From Octopus sinensis (lineage: Eukaryota): a DNA stretch of 64,000 nucleotides. Below the pieces are notes generated by a model that saw only the letters and a program-made list of their open reading frames with translations, was not told the DNA's origin and searched no databases. How positions within the stretch are numbered: position 1 is the stretch's first letter; every line of letters starts with the position of its first letter. This document shows, in pieces, positions 13,325-27,397 of this stretch. A program made the position numbers and the translations under genes. The stretch is from positions 47,988,001 through 48,052,000 of the forward strand of contig NC_043009.1 in NCBI RefSeq assembly GCF_006345805.1, given 5' to 3'.

Positions 13325-13920
13325 ATGCATGTATGTATGTATGTATGTATGTATGTATGTATGTTGTATGTATGTATGTATGCATGTATGTATGTATGTA
13401 TGTATGCATGTATGTATGTATGTATGTATGTATGTATGTATGTATGTATGCATGTATGTATGTATGTATGTATGCATGTATGCATGCATGTATGTATGTA
13501 TGTATGTATGTATGCATGTATGCATGCATGTATGTATGTTTGTATGCTTGTATGTATGTATGTGTGTGTGTGTGTATGTATGCTTGTATGTATGTATGTA
13601 TGTATGTATGTATGTATGTATGTATGCTTGTATGTATGTATGTATGTATGTATGCTTGTATGTATGTATGTATGTATGCTTGTATGTATGTATGTATGTG
13701 TGTGTGTGTATGTATGTATGTATGTTTGTATGTATGTATGTATGTATGTATGTATGTATGCATGTATGCATGCATGTATGTATGTTTGTATGCTTGTATG
13801 TATGTATGTATATGTATGCATGTATGCATGCATGTATGTATGTATGTATGTATGTGTGTATGTATGTATGTATGTATGTATGTATGTATGCATGTATGCA
13901 TGCATGTATGTATGTATGTA

Positions 13921-13951
<31 letters not shown>

Positions 13952-14300
13952 ATGCATGTATGCATGCATGTATGTATGTTTGTATGCTTGTGTGTATGTA
14001 TGTATGTATGTATGTATGTATGCATGCATGTATGTATGTTTGTATGCTTGTGTGTATGTATGTATGCATATATATGTGTGTGTGTGTATGTATGCATACA
14101 CATATATGTGTGTGTATGTGTATATATGTATGTATATATACACATATGTATTCATTTATGTATATATATATATATATGTATATTTGCGTGTGTATGTACG
14201 ACTGTGTGTGTATATATGTGTATGTGTGTGCGCACACATGTGTGCGTGTATGTGTGCGCACGCATGTGTGTGTGTGTTTGTGTGTATGCATGAATGTCGG
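13325..14300. repeat. (TATG)n/(TG)n compound array of about 1 kb
   Basis: Direct reading; TGCA, TTGT and CTTG variants recur. Confidence 0.95.
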
Positions 14301-14979
14301 CATATATGTCTGTATGCGTGGGGGTCTTATATATTATATTTGTATAGGTGTCTGGTCTGGTCTGGTCTGGTTCTTCTATAATGTAAAAGCACATCCAAAA
14401 TAATGTACGTGATTCTTCAATTAATTAAAATTAATTTTCGGCTTACCGTGTCGTTATCTATGAATTCTTCATTCAAAAGTCACGTCACCGTTATTTAATT
14501 TTCCAGTCTCATTATTCTAATTTGTCTAATGAGTGAATATGCCATTGCAAAGAACAAACAAACCAACGAATCCTCTGAATTATTCTGAGATCTTGATTAA
14601 CATTAAGTGAGTAAATTCTTCACGGAGGAGACCCAATAAAACTGAAACATGTGGCGTAGCTATACTGTGCGTTACTCGGAGCACCCTGTTTGCCACCCAC
14701 GGGAAACCAATGTTATATAGCAGACCCACAAATGCTGCCGCCAATATGAAAGCGTCACCCAAGGCAGTTATCTCCTCCTCCCAATTAATCCCTTTATATT
14801 AGCATTATGATTTTGTTTCAGATTGAAATTTCAATAATTATCTCCCTTGCTCTTTCTAACAGTAAACTTTCATAACGATGCTGATTTTTTTATTCTCAGT
14901 TGGGTTGCAGTATCGTAGTATCAATTTATTAAAAATGAATTATTTTCGACTCTCTTCTTCAAGCGGAGAAGTCGCCACT

Positions 14980-15053
<74 letters not shown>

Positions 15054-15074
15054 GCCTCTCTCTCTCTCTCTCCC

Positions 15075-15129
<55 letters not shown>

Positions 15130-15156
15130 TACGTTAAGTAAGAAACTAAAATAAGG

Positions 15157-15565
15157 CGGCGAGCTGGCAGAAACCTTAGCACGCCGGGCGAAATACTTAG
15201 CGGTATTTCGTCTGCCGTTACGTTCTGAGTTCAAATTCCGCCGAGGTCGACTTTGCCTTTCATCCTTTCGGAGTCGATTAAATAAGTACCAGTTACGCAC
15301 TGGGGTCGATGTAATCGACTTAATCCGTTTGTCTGTCCTTGTTTGTTCCCTCTGTGTTTAGCCCCTTGTGGGTAGTAAAGAAATAGGTATTTCGTCTGCC
15401 GTTACGTTCTGAGTTCAAATTCCACCGAAGTCGACTTTGCCTTTCATCCTTTCGGGGTCGATAAATTAAGTACCAGTTACGCACTGGGGTCGATGTAATC
15501 GACTTAATCCCTTTGTCTGTCCCCTCTATGTTTAGCCCCTTGTGGGCAATAAAGAAATAAGAAAC
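15157..15565 (+). mobile_element. OR1-like SINE dimer
   Basis: Full unit followed by a head-truncated unit joined at AAAGAAATA|GGTATTTCG. Confidence 0.85.
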
Positions 15566-17489
15566 TAAGAGAGAGTGATCAATACTATATTGGTGAGTGA
15601 CTAATTCCTTTCAGTAATAGAGTATTATTAATACGATACCAACTGTTTCATGCGAATACATTTGTAATAAACTATTAGTATCATTTTAACAGAATTCCGC
15701 TGTTAAAAGAATATATAGATAGCACGCATAAAAACATATGTACATATGTGTATGTGTGTTCGTTGAAAATGTTAATATCTTATGGGACATAATAGAAAGA
15801 ATGGCAAGCCTATTCATCTGCAGTTGAGAAGTTGCTTTAATCTTCTAGAGTTTTTTTTTCTTTTAATTGAATTGATTTTAGGAGAAGTTGAAAAGAGTGG
15901 ATTGGTTGCATAGTGAGCATTACCACTAGAGACAATATCAGTGTCTATTGACTTTCGTTTAGGTTTAGTCAATATAATCCGGTTTTGGCTTGATAATAGC
16001 ATTTCGTCTTTTGAAAGTTGATCCAAAATTAAGTCTGTCACATTTTTGCACACACTTGTTGAAAGAATTGCTTTTTCCTTAGACTCAGTACTAATACAAT
16101 GAGCTGTTTCTATTTGCTTTCAATCTGCTAGTTTTTGAGTAAAGTCACATAAGTGGTCAAAATATTTGGTCTTATAAATGAATGCTACATAATAATTTCT
16201 GTAAAAAGAGTAGAAATCATCAGCTCATTATATTCTTTTTGTATCAACGGGACGAAATATTCTTCCAAAGTATTTTTTTTTTTTTTTTTACATTAGTGAG
16301 ATACAATTCCATGACAGAATCATACTTTGCCAGTAATTTTAGTGACTACTTCCAGCACAATGTTTTGAAATAGTTTTCCTCTTACTATTTATAGGAGGTC
16401 ATGTTACCACACAATCAAAAGTTTCGTGTTGCTTATCTTTTACGTAACAAGAATTCTGTGAAAGAAAAAATCTCGGTAGTTTGTCTCTCTAGTGTAATTT
16501 AGAGTTTGAAACTCCGCATGTGAATCCTTTATTTTCTAAAAGATTTCTATGGTCTCTTATTTTTACGAAAATACTTCTAACATCATTTTAACGTTTCTGT
16601 CTGAAGGGCGCTTGAAAAAAAATTACATTTTTAAAAAAATGCTTTATCAAACTTCAAGGAAACGCAATAATGTTGTCTGTGCTATGTTGTGCTGTTTTCG
16701 TCTTTTCGAATACTCCAATTTTTTTTGGGGTGGGGGGTTGCCACTTTGGAAGCCATTGCTAGTTCTTGAAGGATTCTTAATTCTCCATCTGATTGATACA
16801 CTAGTGGGTTGGTCGACATACATTTTGTAATTAATGCTGATGGGTGAAGGTGGCCAAGTCCATAGAGTGTTCGGTTCACGATCATAATGTCATGGGTTCA
16901 ACTCCTGTAATGGACAGTGTATTATATTCTTGAGCAAGACTATAAGTGTTTATTGAAATCTATAGTATTATTTCCTGTGATGTCTATCTATAAAGGGGTT
17001 TCTTTTAACAGAATGTATTATACGCAATTATTTATAACTGAATCCACTTCGACTCTCACCTTTAAAATGATTTATTTTGCATCTTCTCAAACCCTCTACT
17101 TTCTTGCTTGTAGGAATGCATTCAAATTCTGACACAAATCCAGCAACTGGAACTTTACCTTTTGACTGGCAGATTTAGAAAATAATTTTTTGTAATTAAA
17201 CACTTTCAAACTTCGTATACTGGTAGAATGTATCATATAAAACATCTTTTACTCTTAGCGTTTTTGAGAAAAGTTTATATTTATGAAGTTATTTCGTATT
17301 AAAATTGTCGTATTTCGGTAATTTCAGCCAATCAATGACGTAACTCTAATCCCAACCCCTACCCTAAAACCCCAACCCTAATCCTAAAACCTAACCGTTT
17401 TGCTTGATATTGACTTTAAAGATTTTGAACTCTACAGGAGGAGGTGAGAGGACTGTTTATGTATATATGTGAGGTTTGCATTAAATTTA

Positions 17490-17495
17490 TTATTA

Positions 17496-17545
<50 letters not shown>

Positions 17546-17640
17546 GTTGTTGTTGTTCAGATTACTGCCTGGAATCGAACTCGGAATCTTGGGGTTAGTA
17601 GCCCGCGCTTTTAATCACTACGTCATATGCCGTGTATGCC
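17490..17640 (-). mobile_element. Minimal tRNA-like SINE (head plus (AAC/AAT)n tail)
   Basis: GGCATATGACGTAGTGATTAAAAGCGCGGGCTACTAACCCCAAGATTCCGAGTTCGATTCC runs directly into a simple-repeat tail; acceptor stem incomplete. Confidence 0.6.
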
Positions 17641-17714
17641 CAACGTTGTGTTAACAACAAACAAGATGAGGACAAATATTCGTCAAATGTAAATAATGGA
17701 AAGTATTATCACTC

Positions 17715-18400
17715 GCAGGTTACACTACGTGTCCACTCCAAGTTGTAACTGTTGAAACACAAAAACTTGCCCATCCAACCAGATATGCATGATTAGTTCA
17801 GTGGTTTATGAAGCTGAAGTCACCGCAGTGCTCCAAGACAAGTACATTGGTATAAGTGAAAATGATTTCTAAAAAAGATACGCTAACCACTAGTCTTCTT
17901 TCTGCAACCTGAATAAGAAGGAAGCCACGAAGTCTGCTAGACATATCTGGGAGCTGAAGGCTAACAATAAATCACACCTGATCAAGTGGAGCATTGTTGA
18001 ATGATCCCCACCATTCGTTAATAGATCAAAGAAATGCAGGCTTTGTTTAGCCCATAGATCTCATATACATTTTTAATCTAAGAACTCTACTGACCTACGA
18101 AATTAAAGATCTGAAATTTTTATTATTGAACAAATTTCTTTTATTGAGCTGGAAAACACCTCTCCGGATTAAACATGTAATCTCACAAACTTTTATATTC
18201 TATCCGTTGAATTAATTTCAGCAACCATATTAATTTTGATTAAAAGGGATGCAACTCCCAATTAAAATTTTTTTTCTCATTTCACTTTTTTTTTATCCTG
18301 CCTTCATTTTTTCTCGTATATTTCGAATTTGATGCTGATGAGAAGATTACTACTTCGCAATGCTTATCCATGACAAACTGCAGTGAAGAGCCTTCTTACA
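17715..18400 (+). mobile_element. Degenerate Penelope-like element (GIY-YIG endonuclease region)
   Basis: CNC*NTKTCP...SVVYEAEV...KYIGISENDF*KRYANH*SSF...ARHIWELKANN...IKWSIV...KKCRLCL with several stops. Confidence 0.85.
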
Positions 18401-18481
18401 TGTTCAAATTATCTCGCACAAATATTTGAACTGGTAACAAATTTATATTTATCTCAATCACTGCTTAGCGCATCTAGTTTA

Positions 18482-18518
<37 letters not shown>

Positions 18519-20189
18519 GTATGTGCTTGTGTGTGTGTATGTGTCTTTTTATTTATGTTTGTATCACCACAGCTTGACAGTCGGTGCTGGTTTGTTTATG
18601 TCATCATAACTTAGCAGATCGGCAAAAGATAAAGATAAAATAAATATCAGGCTTTAAAACGAAAAGACAAAGTTCATGTGGTCGATGTGTTCAACTAAAC
18701 TTTTCAAGGCGATGTCCCAGCATGGCCGCAATCGAATGCCTGAAACAGGTAAAAGATAAAAAATAAAACGCAATGAGGGAATCTATTCGTGGTTGCTAGA
18801 CATGCTAAAAATAGCAACTGAATCTTGTTTGAGTCACACGCTTAAGTTACGGGCCTTTGGAGGAAAATTTTGCAAGGCGGAACACGACTGCATTTTTCTC
18901 TGTTTGTGCTGTGGGTGAGCGTCTCTCAAAATTGAGGATTTAATGTTTAAACGGATTAAGTTTTATCAATAAAGAAGATTGGATAACATAAAATTTTGAA
19001 ATACTAATCTAACCTTCTTTTGTAAGAATACATGAATATGATAAATAAAAAACTACGAACAGCATAGAGAACTGTTTGCGAATGATTATGAAAGCATAAT
19101 TGAATATGATGGCTAACGTTAGCTTGTTTGAATGTAACCACTGCTAGAACTTTTGTAAATGCTTTATTCCCTCCCTGTGCATCAGACTGATAAAATAACA
19201 ATATATATTTTATGCACAAAGGGACGTTAAGCCTAATCAGCTAATGAAACGAGTTCTTCTGGCTCTTTCGGTCTACTAAAATCAATTTCTCTGGCAATTG
19301 ATTTTCATAGGTATTGATTCAGTATTATTCAGTCTTGCAACATCAACAAGTTATGTTTGCGACATGGTGGACTCTAAAAAGTTTTTAATACGAAATAAAT
19401 CGTTTTTAATGGTGGGTGTATCTGGAAGTAGATAACGCTATAAATAATAGCGTGTAGGATTTGGGGTCAAAACCCCCCTTCTTGGATGTAAAAACACTCG
19501 TAGGTTTCCCGTGGTAACGTTCTGCCATTATATCAGAGCAACCTTTCCTACTTTCTCCATCCATTTTAGAAGCATTGTTCTTCTCAGCGAGTGTTGTACG
19601 TTGTTTACCTTATAAGAAATAAAAAAAATTCGAGAGATATTAAATCATTTTTAACGGTGGAACTTGAAGAAGCTTAAGCTATGTAGAATAATGGGTTTAA
19701 AATCCATTTGGACAGAAAAAAAAGTCAAAAGTTGTTCGTGGGATCCGAACCCACATTCACAGATATGACATACGTTCTACATTTAACCCAATATTCTACA
19801 TTCTATTATTAATAGCTTTAGTGGCAAGCTGAGTGAATCGTTAGCATACCGGGCAAAATCCTCAGCGACATTTGTTTCGGTAATCATATATTCTGTGGTC
19901 AAAAGCCACAGAGGTCAACTTTGCCTTTCATACCTTCCAGGGTCATGTGGAAATATATATCGTATGAGTGGGTAATTCGATTACATCGATCGCAGTGCTC
20001 AGCTGGTACTTATTTTATCGAACCTGAAAAGATGAAAGACAAAGGTCGATCGAGGTGATGGAATTTCGACTCAAATCGGGCGAAATATCAAGTTATTGAG
20101 TGACACTGGGGTAAAATTTACGAAACCCTGTATACCCATCATGACTACCCGTCTGATAAGGGTACACCAGTTACATACATCGCAACCAT

Positions 20190-20692
20190 TATTATTATTA
20201 TTGTTATTATGATTTTTCCTTCTTTCTTCAAATTTTCTTCCGTTTCTCGCCGAGTGTTTTCCATACACCTAGGGCAGAGAAGCTCATTGTATGCATTCCC
20301 AGATTACACACGCAAATTCACAGATAAAATATGTATTTAAAAATTAATAAATAAATAAATTCTTGGATGGATGTTGTTTTCACAGCGATAACGCTCTTCT
20401 CAGTACATGAGCCGTTCCAGTTAATACGATTTTTTGCACTTCCTGTAGGGATTGTAAACCTGGAATCATTTTCAAATAGGTTTCAGTACCTTTTTTTTTT
20501 ATCATTCCTAGAGATCCTACAATCACTGGTACTGTAGTCGCCTTGAGATGCCACATTTTTTCAATTTCTATTAGCCGGTCTTTATATTTACTAATCTTGT
20601 CAAATTTTTTCGCCGCTATATTGTGATCGCAAGGGATACCCATGTCAATTAATAAACACATCTTTTTGTCTGATCTTTTGTAATAATATCCG
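20190..20692 (-). mobile_element. 3' fragment of an R4/Dong-type non-LTR retrotransposon (restriction-like endonuclease domain)
   Basis: ORF 20380-20661: LLIDMGIP...KISKYKDRLIEIEKMW...VPVIVGSLG...QKIVLTGTAHVLRR. Flanked on both sides by (TAA)n. Confidence 0.85.
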
Positions 20693-20846
20693 GTTATTAT
20701 TATTATTATTTATTATTATTAATTATTATTATTATTATTAATTATTATCATTATTATTATTAATTATTATTATTATTAATTATTATTATTATTGATTATT
20801 ATTATTATTTATTATTATTATTATTATTAATTATTATTATTAATTA

Positions 20847-20898
<52 letters not shown>

Positions 20899-20903
20899 TA
20901 TTA

Positions 20904-20982
<79 letters not shown>
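20693..20982. repeat. (ATT)n array
   Basis: Direct reading; abuts the 5' break of the Dong/R4 fragment. Confidence 0.95.
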
Positions 20983-21404
20983 CCATCATTTAGAACTAGA
21001 ACCAAAACAAACCATAAATAATTTGAACTGCCTCACTATGCACTCAGCTGTATCGTTTCCGCACAAATTAGTTGCATGCCAGCCTTTTACTGCTCTAGTA
21101 CTTTGTCGTGGGTGTCATTGTATTTTCTCGCCATATTGGTATCGCTATCATATGCTTCCTTTCTGCTGCAGTGTTTCTGAACAATGGCGTACTAACTTTC
21201 TGTAAGATAGTCCTGATTAACCGAACAATCTTTTAGCCACGTAATCGGTGAACTTAGGAAATCTCTTTTATACCTATTTTATCTTACCATCCTTTGAATC
21301 AACATACCTCAATAAAAATGGCGTCCGCTAAACGTGAGGGGTGTCTTATCTCCAGTTTCCTCTGCAATAACTACGGAATATTTTTTGAAGACCTCATTTC
21401 CGAA

Positions 21405-21513
21405 TGATGACATTGATGATGATGATGACGATGATGATGATGATGATGATGATGATGACGACGACGATGATGACAACGACGATGATGATGATAATGACGA
21501 CGATGATGATGAT

Positions 21514-21546
<33 letters not shown>

Positions 21547-22223
21547 GACGACGACGATGACGACGATGATGACGATGATGACGACGATGATGATGATGAC
21601 GATGATGGATGTGGTTCATCATCAGACTTGATTACCTTCTTCACTGTTGTCGCCATCCACCACTGCCGTCCCAATCGACGTCGCCAGCAACAGCAGCACC
21701 AACACCACCAATAAATTTTTCCTTTTTCTTCTGTGCCGTTACTACTACTACTATTACTACTACTACTACTGTTGCTGTTGCTGCTGCTACTACTACTACT
21801 ATTACTACTACTACTACATCACCGAGGTTAATTTGTCCTTCACTACTTTGAGGTCGATAAAATAAATACCACTGGGGTCGATGTAATCGACTCATCCCCA
21901 CCCCAAAATTATTATTATTATTATTTCAATGGCATTGCTCCAGCATGGCCACAGTCATTGGACTTGAAGCATAAAAGAAAAGAGAATTATTAAGGCAGTG
22001 AGCTGGCAGAATCGTTGGCGCGTCAGACAAAATGCTTAGCAGCATTTCTTCTGGTTTTTAAAGTTAGTTCCGAGTCCAAAATCTGCCGATGAGGACTTTA
22101 CCTTTCATTCTTTCTCGAGACCGACTGCCACCCACCACCATATCTGCCTATAATTGCTGGGGCTTATACCAAAAATAGGAAAGAATCAACACCACCACCA
22201 CCACCGCCGCCGCCACCACCACC

Positions 22224-22255
<32 letters not shown>

Positions 22256-22435
22256 CAACACAACCATCACCATCCTTATCATCACCATCATCATCATCAT
22301 CATCGCCATCGCCATCATCATCATCATCATTCACGCCATCGCCATCACCATCATCATCATCATCATCCACACCATCGTCATCATCATCGTCATCATTCAC
22401 GCCATCGTCGTCATCATCATCATCATCATCAATAA
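21405..22435. repeat. Trinucleotide cluster: (GAT/GAC)n, (TAC/TGC)n, (CAC/CAA/CAT)n
   Basis: Arrays at about 21405-21605, 21740-21820 and 22190-22435. Confidence 0.9.
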
Positions 22436-22499
22436 TTATTGCTGTTGCTACAACTAAATGGATACAAAAATTAAAAAATAAAATATTCACCTTCCCCTC

Positions 22500-22534
<35 letters not shown>

Positions 22535-22789
22535 CTCTCTCTCTCCCTCTCCCTCCCTCTCTTTATGTCTCTCTCTCTCTCTCTCTCTCCCTCCTTCCCA
22601 CCTTTCTTTCTTCCCTTCCAAATGCACTCAAAAATTCTTAAAATAAACAGAAATAAAGAAATCCAACATAATCGATCGTTCGGACTTCATTTTTCAGTGA
22701 ACGCTGACGTCTTCATTGCTACGGAAACAGGCGTGTTCCCGATTAGCATTATTCTATTCAGGTACAGCAGCCAGCCAGCTCACAAGTCT

Positions 22790-22816
22790 GTGTGTGTGTT
22801 TGTGTGTGTGTGTGTG

Positions 22817-22871
<55 letters not shown>

Positions 22872-23780
22872 TTTGAGTGTGTGTGTGTGTGTGTGTTTGT
22901 GTGTGCGTGTGTATGTGTCTGTGTAAGCACGTATATATGTAGTCATGTATGCGCGTGCACGTTGGTATGTATGTATGTATGTATGTCTATGTATGTATGT
23001 GTATACATTTGTGCATATGTGAATGTGTGTGTATTTATGTATGCATTTATACGTGCGTGTAGTTATGTATGTGCAAGTATGTGCATGTATGTAGATATGT
23101 ATGCTTGTATATATGTATGTGAGTATGTGGGTGTATTTCTGCATGCATTTATATGTGTGTGTAGTTATGTATGCATGTATGTTCATGTATGTATATATGT
23201 AGATATGTATGTGTATGCATGCTTGTATGTATGTATGTATGTATGTATGTATGTATGTATGTATGTATGTGAGTGTGTGGGTGTATGTATGCATGCATTT
23301 ATACGCGTGTGTAGTTATGTGTGCATGTAAATGTGAATGTATGTGTATATGTATACGTGTATTCATGTATGTATAGGTGTATGTGTAGGTGTATGTATAT
23401 ATGTATACGTGTATTCATGTATGTATAGATGTGTGTGTGCATATTTATGCATGCATAAATATGTGTATGTATGTTTGTATGTATGTATGTACGTACGTAT
23501 GTCTGTCTGTCTATGTATGTATGTATGTTTGTGTATGTATATGTGTATGTATTTATATATGTAGCCATATATGTTTGTACACACGCACATATGCATGCAT
23601 GTATGTGTATTTGTGTGTGTGAGTGTCTGTCTGTCTGTATGTATGTATGTATGTATTTGTGGGTCTGTGTGTCTGTGTAGGCATGTTCATATAAGTGTGT
23701 GTATGGGCTCTCTTCCTATCTGTGTATGCAATATGTATGTGTATGTATGTATGTATGTATTTATGTATGTGTGTATGTGT
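22790..23780. repeat. Degenerate (TG)n/(TATG)n array
   Basis: Direct reading. Confidence 0.9.
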
Positions 23781-23782
23781 AT

Positions 23783-24208
23783 CCACTCACACAAAAACAA
23801 ACATAACACACCCACGTCATTCAGATTTGGTTCAATGCTATCTTCATGTTATCGATACGCGAAACCCTTCCATACCTCTCCCAACCGCCATCCCATTGCT
23901 ATACTGGGCAAAGCTACTACGCAGTCACTCGACCTGCTAGAAATGGCAGCCAAATCTACCTCAAAGTACAACGTATCTTCTTAAATAACAAGGAATACAT
24001 TCCATAAAGGATTTGTAGGCGGATGTGTGATAGGAAACTCGGTTCCCAACTCGGGTTCAGTCCCACTGCGTGGCACCTTGAGCAAATGTCTTCTACTGTA
24101 GCCTCGGGCCGACCAAAGCCTTGTGAGTGGATTTAGTAGACGGAAACTGAAAGAAGCTCATCGTATATATATATATATACACACACATACACATACATAA
24201 ATACACAA

Positions 24209-24246
<38 letters not shown>

Positions 24247-25837
24247 GTGTGTGTATATATATATACATACACACATACATATTTATATGTATATATATAC
24301 ATATATGTACATATATATATCCATACATGTACATATATATACACACATATATATACATACACAAATATATACATGCATACATATATTTACATATACATAT
24401 AAATACATATATATACGCACAGTGGTGGAAACCGTTCCACCAATCCGCTAACAACTGATTAGCGAAGCTAACTTTTCGTTTAGCGGATTAACGTTTTCGC
24501 TACCTTTGGAAACCGTCAACGGACCAATTAGCTTCCACTAACTTTAAGTCCGCTAAAATTCATACGTTTGTTCCTGTCTGTTATGAGCATGTCTCGAAGA
24601 GTCCGTCAGGCACGCTATTGGCTGACTACGTGTACACGTGACAAGACGTGATTGGTCGACGCAGCAGCTGCTAGCTGAGCAGCATTGTGTAATTCTGCAG
24701 TTTTGAGTAGTGCTCACTTACGACGTTGTCATATTACAGTCTTACAGTGTTAGCGACAGCAGTGTATGTTATCGGTTTATCAAGTTATCGCTTATCGTTA
24801 TAGAAGGTGAAGACGTTTTTGTTCGGTCTGAGGATGATGGGCCTGCTGAGGTGTGTGCAACGGCTGTGGAGGAGGCAGATGTCACTCAGGTTGAGAGCCA
24901 GGAGTCTCAGGATTCTTGGCTCCACATGGAAGACTACTTTGTCCTTACGTCAAGAGATAAGAGGAACACCAAAATCCTGTACATCCGGTCCATCATGTGC
25001 CAGCCCAAGGAGACCACAATCAAGGGACAAACGGCGAGCCTCTGCAACTTAAAGTTGTATGTCAAGAGGAAACACTCAGCGCATGACTTCCGGTTTGAGG
25101 AGAGAATCAAGGTCGGTTCTTCGTCAGGGAAACACAGACAATCTCTGGTAGCATTACCAGTAGCCAGTTGTCGCAGCCATGTGCAATGAAAGCACGTCAG
25201 CTCAGCATTGGTGAGGCGTTTGCCCAAACTGCTGTCACTGGCGTCTGACAGTCTATGATGGACAGAAGGATTGTAGACCTGTTTGTCGACAACATGTTAT
25301 CGCTGCATGTAGTGGAGTCCCCTACCTCGGTCGGCCTGATCAAGACGCTGAACCCCAGCAAAACTTCGATGTCTTGCCGTATTCTGGGCAGGATGATCTT
25401 GGTCAGCCATAAACAGCTGGTGGGGTATCTTACAAGATATTTATAAATTAAAATTATGCAAGATTATTAAATTATTATCATGGCATACTTCATATTTTCT
25501 TAATTTAATTAAATTATTAAATAACAATTTTATTAATTGATGTAATAAAATGTTTAATAGCTAACTGATATAAATATCATAATATATAATATATTGTATA
25601 TATACATATTCCACTCATAATTAAGTCTGCATAGCCAGACCATCGTTCCATCCCTCATCTCGGTTATTCATCACCCCAACGTGTCACCTGTCAAGGTAGT
25701 GTCACTATTTTCAAAAGTTTAATAACAAGGCTTTAAATTATAAGCAATATTTCTATGAATTTAGAACAACCTAGTAACAAATGTTAAATTATAATCTGTG
25801 TGATTTCTATAAACTAAATATGGTTATAAGATATATA

Positions 25838-25900
<63 letters not shown>

Positions 25901-26318
25901 ATGTATGTATGTATGTATATATGTATGTATGTATATACGATGAGCTTCTTTCAGTTTCCGTCCACTAAATCCACTCACAATGCTTTGATCGGCCCGAGGC
26001 TACAGTAGAAGACATTTGCTCAAGGTGCCACGCAGTGGGACTGAACCCGAGTTGGGAACCGAGTTTCGTATCACACATCCGCCTACAAAGCCTTTATGGA
26101 ATGTATTCCTTGTTATTTAAGAATATACGTTGAGCTTTGAGGTAGATTTGGCTGCCATTTCTAGCAGGTCGAGTGACTGCGTAGTAGCTTTGCCCAGTGT
26201 AGCGATGGGATGGGGGTCGCGAGAGGTATGGAAGGGTTTCGCGTATCGATAACATGAAGATAGCATTGAACCAAATCTGAATGACGTGGGTGTGTTATGT
26301 TTGTTTTTGTGTGAGTGG
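23783..26318. repeat. Inverted duplication with ~390-bp arms (23783-24170 and 25932-26318) enclosing the hAT fragment
   Basis: Both arms share the same chimeric junction (other repeat joined to a SINE mid-section) and private SINE variants (GAAGCTCATCG, AAATGTC...CTGTAGCC). Confidence 0.88.
24420..25445 (+). mobile_element. Truncated hAT transposon with degenerate transposase (BED finger and N-terminal domain)
   Basis: Begins CAGTGGTGG with GCTAA/TTAGC subterminal repeats. WLHMEDYF...IMCQPKETT...LCNLKLYVKRKH is a decayed BED finger; DLFVDNMLSLHVVESPTSVGLIKTLNP is a hAT motif. No right TIR found. Confidence 0.8.
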
Positions 26319-27357
26319 GAACACATACACATATGCATACATAATACATACATACATACATACATACATACATACATACATACATACATACATACATACA
26401 TACATACATACATCGAAGAAAGTGATACTGCGATCAAATGTCCTGCCTCCTTCCTACCAGCGAAAGATTGTACTCGGCAAAAGAGACCGGTATAATAAGC
26501 ATCAGACTTTAAGAAAGTAAGTCCTGGGGTAGATCTGTTCGACTAAAAGGCGGTGCCACAGCATGGCCGCAGTCAAATGACTGAAACTAGTAAAAGATAA
26601 AAGGTAAAAGATGGTTGAGGCTTCAACGCATTTTATCATAAGGCCAGCTCGATGAAGAATGACCAAGCGCTAAACTACAATAATGACAGCAACAATGATG
26701 TCGAAAATGGCGTCGGCGGCAATTAAAATCATTGATACAGCAGACGATAACGCAACCTTATCACAAAACTAGATATATTCATTGTCTCAGTAATAAACAA
26801 ATTTTCAGAATCTTTAGAATGTATTTGAACCAGGAGTCACTCAAATTCTTTAATATCTTTAATCCACCAGTCACGGATCAATTCTGTTGTTCAGAATGCC
26901 GTATAATTCTCATCAAGATCAAATTATCATGGCGCTTCGTAGAGTAGAGGTTAGCCACGTTGGGAAATCAGTCATAGTTTTTACTAGTTGTCATTTCACT
27001 TCACTTCTGGAAAACATACGACAGTCACAGCTTCGCTATAACTGTCGTCTGACTTTATGATAGTGTGAGAAATTATATTCTTTTATCTCCATTCTTTTCA
27101 GTCATTCATTCTTCGTCTTACGTTGTTCGTCTATAGAAAATTTTGCCTTTTGTTCTCAACTTTTCATCTGATTGACGTCACAGATACAAGATGCACTCAC
27201 CTACATACATACATACAAACAAACAGATAGATAGACATGTGTGCGTACAAATGTAATTACATACATATAAACATACAAGTCTGCATGCATACATGCGTAA
27301 CTACATACAAGCTTATAAGCGTACCTACTTACATGCGTACGTACACATACATACATA

Positions 27358-27397
<40 letters not shown>

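Noticed and set aside
13263-14403. ORFs of 290-366 aa (YVCM/HTYI repeats), and similar ORFs at 10048-10852, 22716-23984 and 47506-48362
   Set aside because: Translations of (TATG)n, (CATA)n and (CA)n microsatellites that lack stops in several frames on both strands; no coding signal.
15040-15300. Recurrent ORFs MRNWYLFNRPRKDERQSRPRRNLNSERNGRR at many loci
   Set aside because: Antisense translation of the OR1-like SINE; recurrence reflects repeat copies, not a gene family.
17341-17396. Degenerate (CCCTAA)n resembling an interstitial telomere
   Set aside because: Short, highly degenerate and embedded in what looks like a dispersed repeat; no fusion signature.
17560-17640. Possible tRNA gene, and the tRNA-like heads of other SINEs
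   Set aside because: A and B boxes are present but the acceptor stem is incomplete and the head runs into a simple-repeat tail or SINE body; these are SINEs, not functional tRNAs.
21309-22490. Poly-Asp, poly-Ser, poly-His and poly-Gly ORFs
   Set aside because: Trinucleotide arrays open in most frames; no unique flanking domain or convincing splice context.
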